A stretch of 55,878 nucleotides of DNA from Chlamydiota bacterium (GTDB lineage: Bacteria; Chlamydiota; Chlamydiia; Chlamydiales; SM23-39), in the NCBI GenBank assembly GCA_048498835.1, contig JBEHXF010000006.1:1-55878 (forward strand), written 5' to 3'. Under the pieces are notes generated by a model that was given only the letters and a program-made list of their open reading frames with translations, searched no databases and was not told the DNA's origin. Within the stretch, counting starts at the first letter, position 1. Every line of letters begins with the position of its first letter. Positions 46,425 to 55,655 of the stretch are shown one piece after another. The position numbers and the translations under genes are program-made.

Positions 46425-49343
46425 ATGAGTCGATATGTAGTCTTTGATTTAGACGAGTTAACAGCCTTGAGATTTCAAGATTTATGCAATGCACTTTTGC
46501 TCAAGCATTTTAGTCAGCTTATAGATTCTATGGTAAGGCCTGGGAGAGACGGTCAATGTGATGGTAAATCGGAAATGCTCCCAGTCCACTACGCCGACTT
46601 ATTTAAAGAACCCCTTGCCTACCGGGCTCCTAATGGGCAGGAGACTTTGTGGGTGTTTCAATGCAAACATACGCAAGCGGAAGATGAAAAGTCCAGGCAA
46701 AACGCTGTCCTCCAAGCGCTGCAAGATGAGATCAAAAAATGGGAGAAAAAAATCAAACGCCCAACTCACTATATTTTGTTAACGAACGTGAATTTACGGA
46801 ATTCTAATCGTGAAAAAATTATTGACAAAGGTCGGAAGTTTTTCGGCCATTTTGATCTTTGGCATGAACCTAAAATTTCTGGGTTTATCTCTGACAATTC
46901 CGCATTTCAAAAAGCATATTTTCCAAATAGACTGAGTAATCTTGATATTGCAACGCTCGCATTGGCAATGGAAAGGGCAGAGAAGGTGATTGAAAAGGCT
47001 GATAGGCAGGCATCTGATGACGGAATAGATCCACTCAAACTTAACGAATATGATACCAAAGCATCGGTCCAAGCGTTAGTGGACTATGAGATTCGGTTCT
47101 ACAAAGCAAATCAATCTTTTAGCCAGGCACTTCAATTATCTGAGACGTATCGGAAGTGTCCAAATGAATGGACTGCTTACTCCTACATAGCAAAGAGCGA
47201 TGGAATCTTAACTCTTTCTGAAAATATCGAAGGAATTAAATGGCTGAATAGTTTGATTGCACGCAATGAAGTCAAAGTTGAAGAGTGGTCTCGATTTCTC
47301 GGAGAAGAAGTAACGCGTGGCGATATCGTCATGGTATTGAAGTGCAATCCAGACGCGCTCTCTCAGCTGTCCGTTTGTTTAGATGCAATTTTTAACATAA
47401 TCTCTTCTGCAACCCCTGCCTATGTGCAGGTGGATAGATACCTAAGGGATATAGAGTCAAAAATTCTACGTGATCTACGGGAAAGCAAGATTCAAGACGT
47501 GCAAGATGGATTGCGGCAGCTTTACCGTATGCGTCAAAGCTATGCTGCCGCTAAGGCGGAATATTCAAGTGCTTTCTATCCTAATGCACGTACCCTGGCA
47601 GGGAAACCTATGGTTGGGTGGGATTTCCTCAATTTATGGGGAAATGTTTTCAGAAATATTTACGATGTTGCATTAGGCGAAAAAATGCCCGACGCGATTT
47701 ATGAATTGCTGTGGTCTATTCCTTTTGTAGCTTGTGGTGATGCGATTAGGCAAAGGCGTAGCAGAGAAGCCCTTAAGCTGGATTTAGAAGTTCTTAAAGT
47801 CCCATTGGGCGCAGTCGTTAAAGAAAAGAACTCTGACTTCTTAACAATGTTCTTGGACAAACTAGAAAATCTTGCACAAGAGCTTTCTGATACTGACGTT
47901 AATATCGAGTTACCGTCTCAAGCGGAGTGGGCTATTGCTATTGCCTCTGAGTTAACGCGATATATTGCAGATTTGGGCTGGCTTTCTCTGTCTCAAAAAA
48001 TTCCACAATTGCCTCTAGACCAGCTGGAAAGATTTCTCGGACTAGCTACCTCCCTCTCTTTTGATTCCTTGTTACACAAATCTGGCTCGGCTTTAAAAGA
48101 TAGTTATCTCATACGGAAAGAGTCTCAGAATGCGCTTGGCATGTTAAAGAGGGAGTACATATTTGCCTGGGCAACTTTTTCCTGGTCACGAGAACGCGAG
48201 CTGGGCTCTTATGATCCAGCTATTGCCATACGATTATTAAGACAGTTAAAAATGTCAGACGTTGTGACTTTCTATAGCAGCAATAAATTCGCCAGGAGCG
48301 GTTGGATTACGGAATGGTTCATTCCATACGGTAAGCGCATAGATTGGTCTTTAGCGATAGATCATGATGTGAGAGAAGCTCTACAATTAGCAGCTTTAAT
48401 TTTACCCATCGAGGTCAAAGATTTTAGCGGTCTTATTGAATTAGCGGATCGGTCATGGTCTAAGACATTCTTAGAAGAAATGCAAAAGCTATCTACTCAA
48501 CTGACTTCCAGAGGATTAGAAATCGATTATCCGCAACGCCTTACAGTTCTGGAAGAAGCCATTTCTTGGCAAGAATCTCATTTGAAGGCTTTGTTGGCTA
48601 AGCAACCATTATGCGAACGAAGAGTTGATGAAGTACGCGAAGAGTTCAAGGAAAGGCTTCTGCCCAAAAGCAAAGAGGGGGTTCTCTACTCTATAGCAAA
48701 TATCGGCAGTCGTCCCGATCTTAAACCAACTCATGCTGTAGGGCCCTACTTCCTAGAGAACAAGAGCTATTTCGTGGATCAATTAGGTTCTGTCTCTTAT
48801 TTGAATAACGGGATTGGGGATAACTGTGCCAATTTACTTAATGTGCAGAGAGAACAGTTGCTTGTTGAGTCTGCAAAAAAATCTGCTGTCATGAAAGAAT
48901 ACGATCTTAGTAAATTAGAAGGAATGCTGAAAGAAATCAGTGAATTATATAAATCCGACTATTACATAATTGTTTCGCAAAGCATGCTGCCACAATTTAT
49001 GGATTCACCTCAATTTCACCCTAGAAAAGCTGGGGAAAATAGACAGTTTTATGGAACGATTGGCGCATTACGTGTAGTATCTTCTGGTGAATTACAACAT
49101 GGAGAAATACTTATCGTGCCTCATCTAGGTTTTGTTTGGTATGCAGATAAAAAAGTGACGGATCTGAATATTGCCCTAATTGATAAAAATTCAGCACTAG
49201 GAAAACGAATTGTTGAGGCCAATCCAGACATCTCTTTGGAAGAGAGTGTCTTGCTTGATGGAAGAGAAAGGGGAGTGATGGTTATCCATACTAATGTCTC
49301 TTGTTGGCATTATAAAGAGCTCTCTCAAGATAGCGTACAATAG
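46425..49343 (+). CDS. large protein with an N-terminal restriction-endonuclease-like (Mrr-type) domain; putative defence protein
   Basis: FQDLCNALL, GRDGQCDG, WVFQCKH and YILLTN; helical middle region; no Walker A motif seen. Confidence 0.75.
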   Translation: MSRYVVFDLDELTALRFQDLCNALLLKHFSQLIDSMVRPGRDGQCDGKSEMLPVHYADLFKEPLAYRAPNGQETLWVFQCKHTQAEDEKSRQNAVLQALQDEIKKWEKKIKRPTHYILLTNVNLRNSNREKIIDKGRKFFGHFDLWHEPKISGFISDNSAFQKAYFPNRLSNLDIATLALAMERAEKVIEKADRQASDDGIDPLKLNEYDTKASVQALVDYEIRFYKANQSFSQALQLSETYRKCPNEWTAYSYIAKSDGILTLSENIEGIKWLNSLIARNEVKVEEWSRFLGEEVTRGDIVMVLKCNPDALSQLSVCLDAIFNIISSATPAYVQVDRYLRDIESKILRDLRESKIQDVQDGLRQLYRMRQSYAAAKAEYSSAFYPNARTLAGKPMVGWDFLNLWGNVFRNIYDVALGEKMPDAIYELLWSIPFVACGDAIRQRRSREALKLDLEVLKVPLGAVVKEKNSDFLTMFLDKLENLAQELSDTDVNIELPSQAEWAIAIASELTRYIADLGWLSLSQKIPQLPLDQLERFLGLATSLSFDSLLHKSGSALKDSYLIRKESQNALGMLKREYIFAWATFSWSRERELGSYDPAIAIRLLRQLKMSDVVTFYSSNKFARSGWITEWFIPYGKRIDWSLAIDHDVREALQLAALILPIEVKDFSGLIELADRSWSKTFLEEMQKLSTQLTSRGLEIDYPQRLTVLEEAISWQESHLKALLAKQPLCERRVDEVREEFKERLLPKSKEGVLYSIANIGSRPDLKPTHAVGPYFLENKSYFVDQLGSVSYLNNGIGDNCANLLNVQREQLLVESAKKSAVMKEYDLSKLEGMLKEISELYKSDYYIIVSQSMLPQFMDSPQFHPRKAGENRQFYGTIGALRVVSSGELQHGEILIVPHLGFVWYADKKVTDLNIALIDKNSALGKRIVEANPDISLEESVLLDGRERGVMVIHTNVSCWHYKELSQDSVQ

Positions 49344-49378
49344 ATCTGGGTGCTCAATATTCAAAAGAGTCAATCAAC

Positions 49379-50281
49379 ATGAAATCAATAAAACTGCCCT
49401 TTGGCCTAAATGAAGATAACGTTTTTGTTCATATTGCTGATGTAGAAAGTGGCAAAAAATGCAGCTGTGTTTGTCCAGATTGCGGATCTCCGCTGATTGC
49501 AAGCAAGGGTATCAAAAACCAGCATCACTTCAAACATGTTGCTGTTAAGGAATGTGAAGGCGAAAGTGCAGTCCATCGGGCAGCCAAACAAATTATAATG
49601 GAAAGAAAACGAATAACGCTCCCGAGATGCGTGGTGAGCGTCTCGAGAAGGGACTCGAGGGGAATAAAACATACCGAGCAGAAAGTCCTTGTAGAGGATG
49701 GAAAGATTATAAACTTTGATTCTGTACAAGAAGAAAAAGAGCTACATGGGGTCAGGGCCGACATTCTAGCGCAGAAAGGGGATACACAGCTCATTGTTGA
49801 AATTTTTTATCGTCATAAGGTGGATGATCAAAAGCGTAAAAAAATAGTCGATGCCAACGTATCTTCTATAGAAATCAACCTATCCGATCTGACACCAGAA
49901 AATGTCAAAGATTGGGAAACTTTTTGGACATATCTCAACAATCCGCAGCATATTCAATGGTTGCATAACGCCAAAGCTCTTCACTTTAACTCAGAGCTTG
50001 AGAAGCAATTAGCAACAAAGATCCAAGAGCAAGAAGCTAAATATAAGCAGGAAGCAGAAATTGCGGAAGAAAAACGAATGAAACAGATGTCTGCACATTC
50101 TTTGAATGATTTGAGGGGATCACAGAGCAAGCAATATTCAGAACCTAGTAGCCGACTTCTTTTAATGAGTAGACCGCCTTTGCGGAGAGCTCCTCCGCCT
50201 ATTGACCAGGTACGCGTGTCTCCAGGAAAGCTCAAGAGAAATCAGAATCAATCCTTTGGTCGTAAAAAATTCAGATTTTAA
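49379..50281 (+). CDS. CoiA-like protein (Zn ribbon plus PD-(D/E)XK nuclease)
   Basis: CVCPDCGSPL, HHFKH, ESAVHRAAK and RADIL..IVEIFYRHKVD. Confidence 0.8.
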   Translation: MKSIKLPFGLNEDNVFVHIADVESGKKCSCVCPDCGSPLIASKGIKNQHHFKHVAVKECEGESAVHRAAKQIIMERKRITLPRCVVSVSRRDSRGIKHTEQKVLVEDGKIINFDSVQEEKELHGVRADILAQKGDTQLIVEIFYRHKVDDQKRKKIVDANVSSIEINLSDLTPENVKDWETFWTYLNNPQHIQWLHNAKALHFNSELEKQLATKIQEQEAKYKQEAEIAEEKRMKQMSAHSLNDLRGSQSKQYSEPSSRLLLMSRPPLRRAPPPIDQVRVSPGKLKRNQNQSFGRKKFRF

Positions 50282-50432
50282 ATCCAGCTGAGGATCTATC
50301 ACTCTTAATAAGCCTTAAAAAAGTGAAAGCTCTTTTTTCCTGCTTACGGACCAGATCGAATCCGATTTTAGTGAGTGTCTCTTCAAAGGCGTCAAATTTC
50401 TGAAACCGCAAAGTTGTTTCTGCTATCCAATC
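50271..50432 (-). pseudogene. 3' remnant of a gene, resembling the C-terminus of an Rrp8-like methyltransferase
   Basis: Start-less open frame DWIAETTLRFQKFDAFEETLTKIGFDLVRKQEKRAFTFLRLIKSDRSSAGFKI*. Confidence 0.5.
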
Positions 50433-50583
50433 CTATTAGTTTGAGTGAACAGAAGGTCTGCTGGGACGAGCTGCTACACATAGGGTCTTATTGTGCCTTA
50501 TAAGTGCCACAGAGCATTTTACGAGTCAATGGGGTGGCTTGCGTTTGCTTGTAACCTATTGTGGAACAGTATCTTAAAGATAT

Positions 50584-50656
50584 TGGGGCAGGCTGGACTT
50601 GAACCAGCGACCGACGGGTTATGAGTCCGCTGCTCTAACCATTGAGCTACTGCCCC
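50584..50656 (-). tRNA. tRNA with CAT anticodon (probably Ile2/lysidine type, otherwise elongator Met); CCA not encoded
   Basis: GGGGCAG/CTGCCCC acceptor stem, GCTC/GAGC D-stem, CT-CAT-AA loop, GCTGG-TTCAAGT-CCAGC T-arm; G1-C72 is paired, so it is not an initiator tRNA. Confidence 0.95.
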
Positions 50657-50669
50657 TCAAAGGGTAATG

Positions 50670-50698
50670 AGATTAACCGATGAAACAACTCTTGGCAA
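50670..50698 (-). promoter_or_regulatory. tRNA promoter candidate
   Basis: TTGCCA-N17-TAATCT on the minus strand, upstream of the tRNA. Confidence 0.5.
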
Positions 50699-50773
50699 GG
50701 GGGGAAGCAAAAAGTGGGGGGCTTAAAGGGTGAACTTGACTTTTTGAAAAAATTGCCTATACTCTTTCCCTCT

Positions 50774-51949
50774 ATGAAATATCCTTCATTGAGTCACACG
50801 CTCGTAATTGTTCAGTTTTTTCTCGTTTGCTATTTCCTTTATGCCACTCAAGATCTGAGAAAAAAAAGCGCAAAATATGACAAAAGACAGACTGCTATTT
50901 TGTTGAGAAACGAAGCGCTAAATCGAGAAATCTTTTTAGCTCTTGAAAAACAAGCGGGAAGTCGAACTTTTCCTCCTCAAATCAAACATCTGCCTTTTGC
51001 TGACGAAGAGGGAATGATTCTCGGTGTGCGCGAGGTGGATATTCCCGGGGTTGTTGCACCTTATAATGCCTCCTTGATTAAGGAAGAGGGGAAGTATCAC
51101 CTTTTTTTTCGTTATGATGTACCTGTAATTGGCAACGAAGAAGTGCCCTTTAAGACGAGCATCGGCCACGTGGAGTTAGATGGCGATTTTCAACCTCTTG
51201 CCCCTTATACGAAAATTGATACGCGAAGCGATTTTTCAGAAGATCCCCGGGTTTTGTGGAATGATGGCAAGTGTTTGCTAGTTTACAATGATATTGTAGT
51301 TGATTTTCCCAAAGCCAGGGGCATTCGAAGCGCTGTCTATGACCTAAAAACGAAAGAAGTGGAGTCAATTACTGCTTTTGAGCGGCGAAAATTTAAGATA
51401 GAGAAAAACTGGATGCCTTTTGTGGTTGATGGAAAAGGTCTTCATTTTGTCTATACCATTAGCCCTCATGAGGTTTGTCACCAGAGTCCTTCTAGTACTA
51501 AAATGCGGTCGTTGAATTCGAATGTGATTGAAGAATTGACGGATAGGGATTGGAGCTTGATGTGGGGCAGGCCACGGGGAGGTACTCCGCCTCAGCTTGT
51601 CGATGGTGAATATCTCAGCTTTTTTCACAGCATGTTTGAAGATGCCATGGGATTTGTCTGGTATGTGATGGGCGCTTATACTTTTGAACCAGTCGCTCCC
51701 TATCGTATTACGAAGATTTCTTCCCATCCCATTCTTTTTAAAGGGATCTTTGATGCGGCGCACAAACACACGGCAAATCCGAAAATTCGGTGTCTCTATC
51801 CTTCGGGCTTCGTTCTTGAAGAGCGAGATGGAAGGGAAGTTTTGCAGGTTTCGTGTGGAGAAAACGATTCAATAACGAAAATCATCACTTTTGACAAAGA
51901 AGCACTCTTTCAATCTTTGAAAGCGGTCGATAAAAAAAATAAACTTTAA
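50774..51949 (+). CDS. membrane-anchored GH130/BMT-like beta-propeller protein
   Basis: YNAS, EDPR, EKNWMPF, RGGTP, FFHS and GEND; N-terminal TM; TTGACT-N16-TATACT at 50736-50763. Confidence 0.65.
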   Translation: MKYPSLSHTLVIVQFFLVCYFLYATQDLRKKSAKYDKRQTAILLRNEALNREIFLALEKQAGSRTFPPQIKHLPFADEEGMILGVREVDIPGVVAPYNASLIKEEGKYHLFFRYDVPVIGNEEVPFKTSIGHVELDGDFQPLAPYTKIDTRSDFSEDPRVLWNDGKCLLVYNDIVVDFPKARGIRSAVYDLKTKEVESITAFERRKFKIEKNWMPFVVDGKGLHFVYTISPHEVCHQSPSSTKMRSLNSNVIEELTDRDWSLMWGRPRGGTPPQLVDGEYLSFFHSMFEDAMGFVWYVMGAYTFEPVAPYRITKISSHPILFKGIFDAAHKHTANPKIRCLYPSGFVLEERDGREVLQVSCGENDSITKIITFDKEALFQSLKAVDKKNKL

Positions 51950-51956
51950 GGAAATC

Positions 51957-52655
51957 ATGAAGCAGTTCTTTATTCCTCTTCTCTTGCCGGTTTTTTGTGC
52001 AACTTCTCTTAACGCTGACGTGTCCGCGCCAGAGCAGCAATTCCTCTCTCAAAATATTGAGAAGGCAAAATGGAAAGCATTGATGGCCATGGATGAATTA
52101 GAAGGATGGTGCACAAAGCATAAGGCTACAGTTTTAATGGATTTGATCGCTGCTGTGCATCCTAAGGTGATTGTGGAGGTCGGGGTGTGGGGTGGAAAGT
52201 CGCTGATTCCCATGGCCTTTGCGGTAAAAAAAGTATCGAATGGCATGGCGTATGGGATTGATCCTTGGAGTAGCGTCGAATCGGCGAAAGAAATGGAAGG
52301 GGTAAATAAGGATTGGTGGAGTAAAGTCGATCACGAAGCGATCTATCAAGGTTTGGTAGAAAAAATTTCCAAATTTAAGCTCGGCAATTCGATTACCTTG
52401 ATTAGAAAAACATCGGAAAAGGCCGATCCCATTGAGAATATCGACATTTTGCATATCGATGGCAATCATTCTGAAAAAACCTCTTTTTATGATGTAACGA
52501 AATGGGCGCCTCTTGTTCGCAGTGGTGGCTTCATTGTTTTTGATGATATCACGTGGGGAACCACAACACGTGCAGTGGATTGGTTAAATAATCATTGCGA
52601 AAAAGTGATGGAATACCGTGAAGATAGCGTTTGGGGAATCTGGCGCAAACCTTAA
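51957..52655 (+). CDS. class I SAM-dependent methyltransferase (Methyltransf_24-like) with signal peptide
   Basis: VEVGVWGGKS, GIDPW, LHIDGNH and GGFIVFDD. Confidence 0.88.
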   Translation: MKQFFIPLLLPVFCATSLNADVSAPEQQFLSQNIEKAKWKALMAMDELEGWCTKHKATVLMDLIAAVHPKVIVEVGVWGGKSLIPMAFAVKKVSNGMAYGIDPWSSVESAKEMEGVNKDWWSKVDHEAIYQGLVEKISKFKLGNSITLIRKTSEKADPIENIDILHIDGNHSEKTSFYDVTKWAPLVRSGGFIVFDDITWGTTTRAVDWLNNHCEKVMEYREDSVWGIWRKP

Positions 52656-52656
52656 G

Positions 52657-52874
52657 AGGGTGTTCTGTGTAACATTCTTAAATAATTAGAGATAAAAAAT
52701 ATCAGCGCAGAGAAAAAGCAGAGGCGCTGAGACGCAGAGTGCAACCGAAAAGAGAATCATTTCTTTTTTCTCTGCGTCTCTGCGTTCTCTGCCAGCGCGT
52801 TTCGCGCTCTCTGCGCTGATATTTTTCTTCCTCATCTCCTCAACCTGAATTGAAGATTCATTGTAGAACACCCT
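52657..52874. mobile_element. MITE/REP-like palindromic element
   Basis: 10-bp terminal inverted repeat AGGGTGTTCT; internal 19-bp IR (52695-52713 / 52808-52826) and 11-bp IR (52729-52739 / 52770-52780). Confidence 0.7.
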
Positions 52875-52911
52875 TTCAGGCAGCTGAATCAGCTGCCTTT
52901 CAAGATAATCT

Positions 52912-53835
52912 CTATTGATAATTTGGCGATCCGTTATCTGAGGATGCTCGTGGCTGAGTAGATACCACATCGTCCAGGACGGTATAGAGATTGATTTTAG
53001 GTGGAAAATAGAATTCCATATCATAGGGAAGGAAGAGGTGGTACTGCTTGAAAAAGTCTAAAATCTTTTTCATGCCACTTCTTCGCACAATCACCGAATA
53101 GGAGCCGTAACGTAGCCCAATTTTTCTAAAATCTTTGCTAATCTTTTTTCTCACATAAAGTCTATTAGGATTGGGAGGCGTAAAATTGGGGCGTAGGGCG
53201 AATCCTCGGCATTCGACATATTGTCCTTGTTGGTCTTTAGTGTCTTGGTCGGTGAATAGTAAATCCCACTTTTGTTTTCCCACTTGCTCATCCAATCGTT
53301 CAATCAACTCCGACATCAGGTGGGGATTTTGAATGACTTCAATATCGTCTTCCATCACCCAAATAGTCTCATAACCTGAATCGTAGGCATCTTGAAGAAC
53401 AGAGAGATGACTGAGAATAATGCCAATGGCTCCCCGAGACATACAATGGCAAAAGTAATTTCTTCCAACGACCTGCATTACCTCATGATGAGGTAGGAAA
53501 TTTCCATCGGGTAGATAAGCTGTGCCCCAAAGGGTTTTGGTGAAGCTCGGCTCATATTTGACGCCTAAATCGTTGACAGCTTCTAAAGAAAGCTCCCAAC
53601 CATTTACTGCTGAAAATCGGTAGGGATGGATCCCATAAGGGAGAAGCTCTTGGACAGAGTGAGCCCATTTTTCTGGTCTTTGATCGAGATTGATCACATA
53701 GATAAAATCGACGTTTTTTACTTGCTGGGTTGGAATTTCAGATTTATCAGGAGCTGGTTTGAAGTAGCTCTGTAGATCAGCCTCTAAATGAAAGAACGAT
53801 AGGGTGAAAAGGGTCAGAAAATGTATTTTTTTCAC
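52912..53835 (-). CDS. glycosyltransferase family 25
   Basis: YVINLDQRPEK, RFSAVNG, LSH and MEDD; GTG start with an AAGGA RBS; signal peptide. Confidence 0.88.
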   Translation of the reverse strand: MKKIHFLTLFTLSFFHLEADLQSYFKPAPDKSEIPTQQVKNVDFIYVINLDQRPEKWAHSVQELLPYGIHPYRFSAVNGWELSLEAVNDLGVKYEPSFTKTLWGTAYLPDGNFLPHHEVMQVVGRNYFCHCMSRGAIGIILSHLSVLQDAYDSGYETIWVMEDDIEVIQNPHLMSELIERLDEQVGKQKWDLLFTDQDTKDQQGQYVECRGFALRPNFTPPNPNRLYVRKKISKDFRKIGLRYGSYSVIVRRSGMKKILDFFKQYHLFLPYDMEFYFPPKINLYTVLDDVVSTQPRASSDNGSPNYQ

Positions 53836-53921
53836 TTGTTTTCCTTTTTGAAATTTAAAAATTTTGCAAGGAAGACATTTCTTTTGCAATAAATTGTTTT
53901 TGAGCTTGAAAATACTGCGAG

Positions 53922-54665
53922 ATGTTTTATGCCTATCTAGTCTGTTTTCTCTTTTGTCTTCTAAATGTGGAAGCTGTGAAGTTGATTCCCACTCATAGTC
54001 GCTCTCATAACTTTCAGATTATTCAACCCCATGATGTAGGGGCTAATTACCAACTTTTAAAACTCGCTGACGAGGTGTTTAGAAAGCACGATATCATTTA
54101 TTGGGCATGGGGAGGAACGTTATTAGGAGCCGTTCGTCATGGGGGATTTATTCCTTGGGACTTTGATACCGATGTGTGCATTTATAAAATGGATGAGCAA
54201 AAATTGCTCGAATGTGCTGCTGATTTTGCTTTTTTTGACGTTCATATTTTAGCCGATCCAGAATGGGAAAATCACTATCGATTAAAACGGCTATATGAAG
54301 AGAAGGAAGTATTTGGCCACGTCGATGTCTTCATGATGAAGAATATCGAGGGGAAAATTCACTATATTTATAAGCCTAGAGAGCAAAATAACCACTTTTT
54401 TCTTCCTGTGGAAGTGGCTCGTTTTGTTCGCATTCCCTTCGGCCCCATCACCATTACAGCTCCACATGATTATATGAGTTATCTCTATCGCGGGTATGGC
54501 TCAGATGGCATGGAAGTTGCTGAAATCATGTACACAAAGAATCCGAGGTCGGGAAGGGATTATCCTAGGTTTAGAATCAAAAACTTCAAGCCTGCCATCT
54601 ATGAAGTGATCTACAAAGAGATCCCTTTGGATGACACGCCTCTATTTCCCGACTCAGTGCGGTAA
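53922..54665 (+). CDS. LicD family phosphotransferase
   Basis: GGTLLGAVRHGGFIPWDFDTD, VDVF, FGP and YG. Confidence 0.9.
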   Translation: MFYAYLVCFLFCLLNVEAVKLIPTHSRSHNFQIIQPHDVGANYQLLKLADEVFRKHDIIYWAWGGTLLGAVRHGGFIPWDFDTDVCIYKMDEQKLLECAADFAFFDVHILADPEWENHYRLKRLYEEKEVFGHVDVFMMKNIEGKIHYIYKPREQNNHFFLPVEVARFVRIPFGPITITAPHDYMSYLYRGYGSDGMEVAEIMYTKNPRSGRDYPRFRIKNFKPAIYEVIYKEIPLDDTPLFPDSVR

Positions 54666-55628
54666 AAGATAAGGTGGCGAAGAAGTGTCTGTGATTGGGA
54701 CTTTTACTCGCTTATAGCGCATTTCCGTTGCATGGTTGTGCCAAAGGTAGGCTGCGATTTTCCAGTCGGCACCGTATTCTCGGCTTAATATGTTTTCATA
54801 ATTTCTCGGAGCAGGAATGGTCAATGGTCCGAAGGGGAGAAAAAGGGGAGGCATTTTGAGTTCTTTGGGTTCTAGCCACCACTCGTTGTAAAGATCGCTT
54901 CGGGGGTAGGTTCGCGAAACAATGCGGATCTTTCCCTGAAGTTTGTTGACGGTGAAGATATCTAGGAAAGGGTACTTCCAAGGATAGGCCGAACCGTTTT
55001 CTGCGTAAATCGGCTCTCCATTTTTGGGGAATATTTTGTAGAAGTAATCAGAATAGATGTAGAGCTGAAGCCCTTGTCGATCGAGTAAGTTGGCTAAGTG
55101 TTCTAATCGGAGTCTGTCTCGGACGTGGATGATGATGTCGAGGTCGTCATCCCAGGGAATCATCCCTTGGTGGCGGGCAGCTCCTAAAAGAGTTCCTGAG
55201 ATTGCCCAAAAAGGGATGTTTTGGTCCTTTAATGTATTGGAGACGGTCTCCATTAAGCGGTAAAATAGGCCGCGCGTTTCTGGCGAGATGCAGGGCAAAT
55301 CGGCATCGGTTGTGGGAGTCGAGGCAATTTTGTCTTGTAGAGTTTGCAATGCTACAGTCGATGTTTGATTGAGATGGATCGAGTCATAGAAAAAACGGGC
55401 TGCAAACATCTCTAAATTCGCAACGGGGGAACTCAAAACGATTAGATGGGTTTGATTCAGTGTGTCGATTGCCTGAATCTGAGTGGCCATCTCTTCTTCG
55501 GTTCCTTCGATCTCAACTGCGTCGATTTCTCGAGTGAGTTCTTGCGCCTTGAAATCGCACTGTTCTCCTAAAGTAATCAATAAGCGCGGCGTAAGCGCGG
55601 CAAGAAAAAACAAAAAGGAATAGATCAT
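54654..55628 (-). CDS. LicD family phosphotransferase
   Basis: GTLLGAARHQGMIPWDDDLD, LDIF, FGP and YGADW. Confidence 0.9.
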   Translation of the reverse strand: MIYSFLFFLAALTPRLLITLGEQCDFKAQELTREIDAVEIEGTEEEMATQIQAIDTLNQTHLIVLSSPVANLEMFAARFFYDSIHLNQTSTVALQTLQDKIASTPTTDADLPCISPETRGLFYRLMETVSNTLKDQNIPFWAISGTLLGAARHQGMIPWDDDLDIIIHVRDRLRLEHLANLLDRQGLQLYIYSDYFYKIFPKNGEPIYAENGSAYPWKYPFLDIFTVNKLQGKIRIVSRTYPRSDLYNEWWLEPKELKMPPLFLPFGPLTIPAPRNYENILSREYGADWKIAAYLWHNHATEMRYKRVKVPITDTSSPPYLLPH

Positions 55629-55655
55629 TGGCGAAGAAGAGTGCCAGAAGTGTGT

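Larger units (their letters stand above)
46145..50629. mobile_element. tRNA-integrated genomic islet without an integrase
   Basis: Bounded by a 47-bp direct repeat of the tRNA 3' half; paired (t/a)gtgcc arm-like sites near both ends; nuclease cargo. Confidence 0.88.

Noticed and set aside
46030-46494. 154-aa minus-strand ORF
   Set aside because: It runs across the tRNA-derived att repeat and the start of the 972-aa gene; THNPSVAGSSPA is simply translated tRNA sequence
46425-50281. prophage or classical restriction-modification system
   Set aside because: No terminase, portal or tail genes and no intact DNA methyltransferase; the capsid-like pattern is only a domain within a fusion protein
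52686-53024. 112-aa minus-strand ORF
   Set aside because: It overlaps the GT25 3' end and the palindromic repeat element; likely spurious
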